Positions 61,757 through 64,000 of a stretch of DNA of 64,000 bases are shown one piece after another. The notes below the pieces were generated by a model. The model made no database searches. It had not been told where the DNA came from and worked only from the letters and a program-made list of their open reading frames with translations. Each line of letters starts with the position of its first letter. The stretch's first letter is position 1. Source of the stretch: Pseudomonadota bacterium. Its GTDB lineage: Bacteria > Pseudomonadota > Gammaproteobacteria > UBA9214. The stretch is from contig JBDLIH010000005.1 in the NCBI GenBank assembly GCA_039714975.1, positions 12,857 to 76,856 on the forward strand. Reading direction: 5' to 3'. The position numbers and the translations under genes were made by a program.

Positions 61757-63163
61757 ATGAAAGATTCAATTTCCAATATCGTTAATTTGGTTGATCCGGT
61801 TACACCGGTCTCGGTTGAGTTGCAATCACTGGTTGACAGTCATGAACAACCGTTTGTCGTGATCGACAGGGATTACCGCATACTGGCAATCAACAGTGCC
61901 TACGAAAAGACCTTTGGCGTACGCTGTGACAAGGCCGTTGGATTGCCGTGTTACAAGGTCAGTCACGATAGCGAGGTACCTTGCCATGAATCCGGCGAAG
62001 ACTGCCCGCACGCCAATATGTTCGAAATAGGTAAATCTGATTCTTGCCTGCACGTCCACTTTGATTCAGACCACCGGATGTGTCAGGTCCGGGTAACTGC
62101 CTTTCCACTGCGTGGCAATAATGGCGAACTCTATATGGGTGAGCTGATTCAGCAGCTCTCGGGGCCTGAAGATCGCCGCGTCAATGGCCGGCGCATGGTT
62201 GGCCAGACACCCCCGTTTCTTGCCTGTATTGATCAGATGAAAATGATTGCAGCAGCATCGGCGCCGGTACTACTGCAGGGAGAAACCGGCACCGGCAAGG
62301 AGCTGGCGGCGCACTTTATTCATAGTCATTCCATGCGTCGTGAACAGCCGTTTCTTACCGTGGACTGTACGGTACTGACAGAACCCCTGTTCGAGGCCGA
62401 GGTCTTCGGGCATGCGCGCGGTGCCTATACCGGCAGTGTCGGTGACCGGACCGGTCTGTTCGAACAGGCCGATAGAGGCACCCTGTTTCTGGACGAGGTG
62501 GGTGAGTTGCCGCTGTCCCAGCAGGCCAAGCTGTTGCGAGTGCTGGAAACGGGGCAGTATCGCCGTGTCGGTGGTAAAGGGACTCGCAATGCAGACGTGC
62601 GCATTGTTTGTGCCACCAACCGGCACTTGTGGGAGTTGGTGAGTGCCGGTCGGTTCCGTGAGGATCTTTACTATCGGATCGCCTGTCTGTCTGTACGCTT
62701 GCCTGCACTGCGGGAACGGCTGGATGATATCGAGGTGCTGGCGCCTGATCTGCTGGGCCCGGTCAGCCATACCATGAATCAGAAGTTCAAACTGACCCAG
62801 GCGGCCATAGAGCGTCTCAAATTATATGATTACCCCGGTAATGTGCGTGAACTCCGCAACATCCTGTTTATTGCCGCCACACACTCCAGCGCTGGCGAGA
62901 TTGATGACACTATGATAGAAACCGTGCTGCAACAACTTGCCCATGGCAGGAATGACCGGAATCAGAAAGCGCCTGCGGAGGCCCAGCCGCTTGTGACAGA
63001 AGCATCACCCGGTAAGGCTGGCAAAGGATTGCATGAAGTGGAGGCAAAGCACATCGCTGAGTTGTTAGTGCAGCACCATGACAACCGCAGGCAGGTCGCG
63101 GCGGTACTCGGTGTCAGCGAACGCACCCTGTATCGGAAACTCAAGCGTTATAATCTGAACTGA
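61757..63163 (+). CDS. Sigma-54-dependent transcriptional activator (PAS - AAA+ - Fis HTH), no receiver domain
   Basis: PAS-like N-terminus with a four-Cys cluster ([29 protein letters not shown]). AAA+ [14 protein letters not shown], sigma-54 contact loop GAYTGS, and C-terminal [19 protein letters not shown]. Confidence 0.9.
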   Translation: MKDSISNIVNLVDPVTPVSVELQSLVDSHEQPFVVIDRDYRILAINSAYEKTFGVRCDKAVGLPCYKVSHDSEVPCHESGEDCPHANMFEIGKSDSCLHVHFDSDHRMCQVRVTAFPLRGNNGELYMGELIQQLSGPEDRRVNGRRMVGQTPPFLACIDQMKMIAAASAPVLLQGETGTGKELAAHFIHSHSMRREQPFLTVDCTVLTEPLFEAEVFGHARGAYTGSVGDRTGLFEQADRGTLFLDEVGELPLSQQAKLLRVLETGQYRRVGGKGTRNADVRIVCATNRHLWELVSAGRFREDLYYRIACLSVRLPALRERLDDIEVLAPDLLGPVSHTMNQKFKLTQAAIERLKLYDYPGNVRELRNILFIAATHSSAGEIDDTMIETVLQQLAHGRNDRNQKAPAEAQPLVTEASPGKAGKGLHEVEAKHIAELLVQHHDNRRQVAAVLGVSERTLYRKLKRYNLN

Positions 63164-63301
63164 TCGAATCACTTTCAGCAGCCTGCCGGTAGAGAGGTCC
63201 TGTCGCCGCAGAATTTGTCAGCGCCGTTACCGGCGCGAGTTGTCACTGTAATCATCCACTGAAACCCGTTTGCATAAGTGTACAAACTGTCTTCGTTCGA
63301 A

Positions 63302-63365
63302 TGACAGCATTAACGGCGACCTCATGACAAACAAGACATGACAGCCCTGACGCGACTGTCATGAC
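63302..63365. promoter_or_regulatory. TGTCA/TGACA array (candidate enhancer/UAS), site C
   Basis: TGACA at 63302, 63325 and 63339. TGTCATGAC spans 63357-63365. Extra copies are at 63216 and 63241. Lies 75-140 bp upstream of the candidate -24 box. Confidence 0.55.
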
Positions 63366-63438
63366 GGTGTCGCATGTTATTGAATTAGTCTTGTTCCCGA
63401 TTCTATTTAAAACAATAGCTTGTGTTGCCAATAGAAAC

Positions 63439-63454
63439 TGGCATGGATTGTGCC
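63439..63454 (+). promoter_or_regulatory. Candidate sigma-54 (-24/-12) promoter of the downstream secreted-protein gene
   Basis: CTGGCATGGATTGTGCC. GG-N10-GC spacing is correct. The -12 reads GTGC rather than TTGC. Lies 110 nt upstream of ATG 63564. Confidence 0.5.
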
Positions 63455-63563
63455 TGCTTGTATGTCCAGTGTTCGCTTATCTGGAAACATATAAGCGGTC
63501 CGTTTGCCAGGGGGGCAATCCGTACACAGACGGAGCCGTAAACAATAACCGGGAGATATCCTA

Positions 63564-64000
63564 ATGTTTAGAACTTCATTTTCACGAATCGCACACAAGG
63601 CACTGGCACTGGTTGCCTGTACCGGCGCCATCCTGGCGTTGGCGGCGGGGCCGGTATCGGCGGCGCACAACACGACGCTGACGATTAGCAAGGCGTCCTG
63701 GAATGATAAAAAGAGCGAACTGACCATTGAGGGTCGGGCTGAAGCCGGTTTTGAAGTCTTCGCCTCCAATGCGGCGGACGTTAGCCAGTCTCTGGGCTCC
63801 GATATTCCGGGCAATAACCAGCGATACAAGATTGTGGTTGCCGGGCCGATCAGCCCCTTCCCTTGTGCCGTGCACGTCGAACAGTGGGACGGTGTCGAAC
63901 TCGGCATCGTCGAGGCACCGGTTGCCAATGCACCGCCGGAGTGTCAGGGCGGCCAGAATCTGCCACCGATCTGTACTATCAACACCCCGACAGGCGATAC
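63564..64000 (+). CDS. 5' part of a secreted protein of unknown function (runs off the window; not in the ORF track)
   Basis: GGGAGA lies 7 nt before the ATG. My own translation is MFRTSFSRIAHKALALVACTGAILALAAGPVSAAHNTTLTISKASWNDKKSELTIEGRAEAG...APPECQGGQNLPPICTINTPTGD, open to the window end. The signal peptide has an A-x-A site. Confidence 0.6.
   Translation, partial: MFRTSFSRIAHKALALVACTGAILALAAGPVSAAHNTTLTISKASWNDKKSELTIEGRAEAGFEVFASNAADVSQSLGSDIPGNNQRYKIVVAGPISPFPCAVHVEQWDGVELGIVEAPVANAPPECQGGQNLPPICTINTPTGD

Overview
64-kb chromosomal window with proteobacterial (gammaproteobacterial-style) gene content. I saw no rRNA, tRNA, CRISPR array, transposase or integrase. All family calls come from motifs read by eye in the supplied translations; nothing was searched against a database. 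The ORF track takes the longest ORF (ATG/GTG/TTG), so I shortened several starts where a repeat element, a stop/start junction or a Shine-Dalgarno (SD) sequence argued for it.

The window falls into three blocks.

(1) 1-38.6 kb is an unusually dense phosphate/polyphosphate supercluster.
- The pst-pho operon runs pstS, a PhoU::pseudo-LMW-phosphatase fusion, pstC, pstA, two complementary-degenerate pstB paralogs, then phoB and phoR.
- A helix-hairpin-helix (HhH) protein with a poly-Lys tail, an orphan ParA and a CYTH-like/CHAD protein form one module.
- There are three CNNM/CorC-type transporters.
- A GAK-type cluster combines a CofD-like protein, an ATP-grasp enzyme, an HprK-like kinase and an amphi-Trp protein. 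It is expanded with a PhoU::kinase fusion, Nudix, SixA, PGAM-type and metallophosphoesterase genes.
- Also present are a Na/Pi cotransporter, a USP, PitR-PiT, ppk1, and a methyltransferase / ATP-cone P-loop kinase / CYTH operon.

(2) 38.6-45.8 kb is a complete ccmABCDEFGHI operon. It includes a 57-codon ccmD that is missing from the ORF track.

(3) 45.9-64 kb is a molybdenum/redox island.
- It holds modABC and an 880-aa five-heme cytochrome c.
- It holds a PAS-LuxR regulator and a Tat-exported type II DMSO-reductase-family enzyme (alpha, beta, gamma, chaperone), followed by moaA.
- It holds CpxP/ZraP-like and DsbA-like periplasmic proteins and a PAS sigma-54 enhancer-binding protein.

The most interesting signals are these:
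- The GAK-type cluster sits inside Pho/polyP genes.
- The CHAD-ParA-polyLys trio is a candidate polyP-granule positioning module.
- The PstB pair looks like a one-active-site heterodimer.
- A small sigma-54 regulon in block 3 is readable directly from the DNA. It has three -24/-12 promoters, each with a TGTCA/TGACA array 70-150 bp upstream.
- That regulon drives a five-heme cytochrome and a 70-aa secreted peptide that shares the cytochrome's C-terminal Cys module.
- The same Cys/Asp-rich repeats that end the cytochrome are also grafted onto the gamma subunit of the molybdoenzyme.
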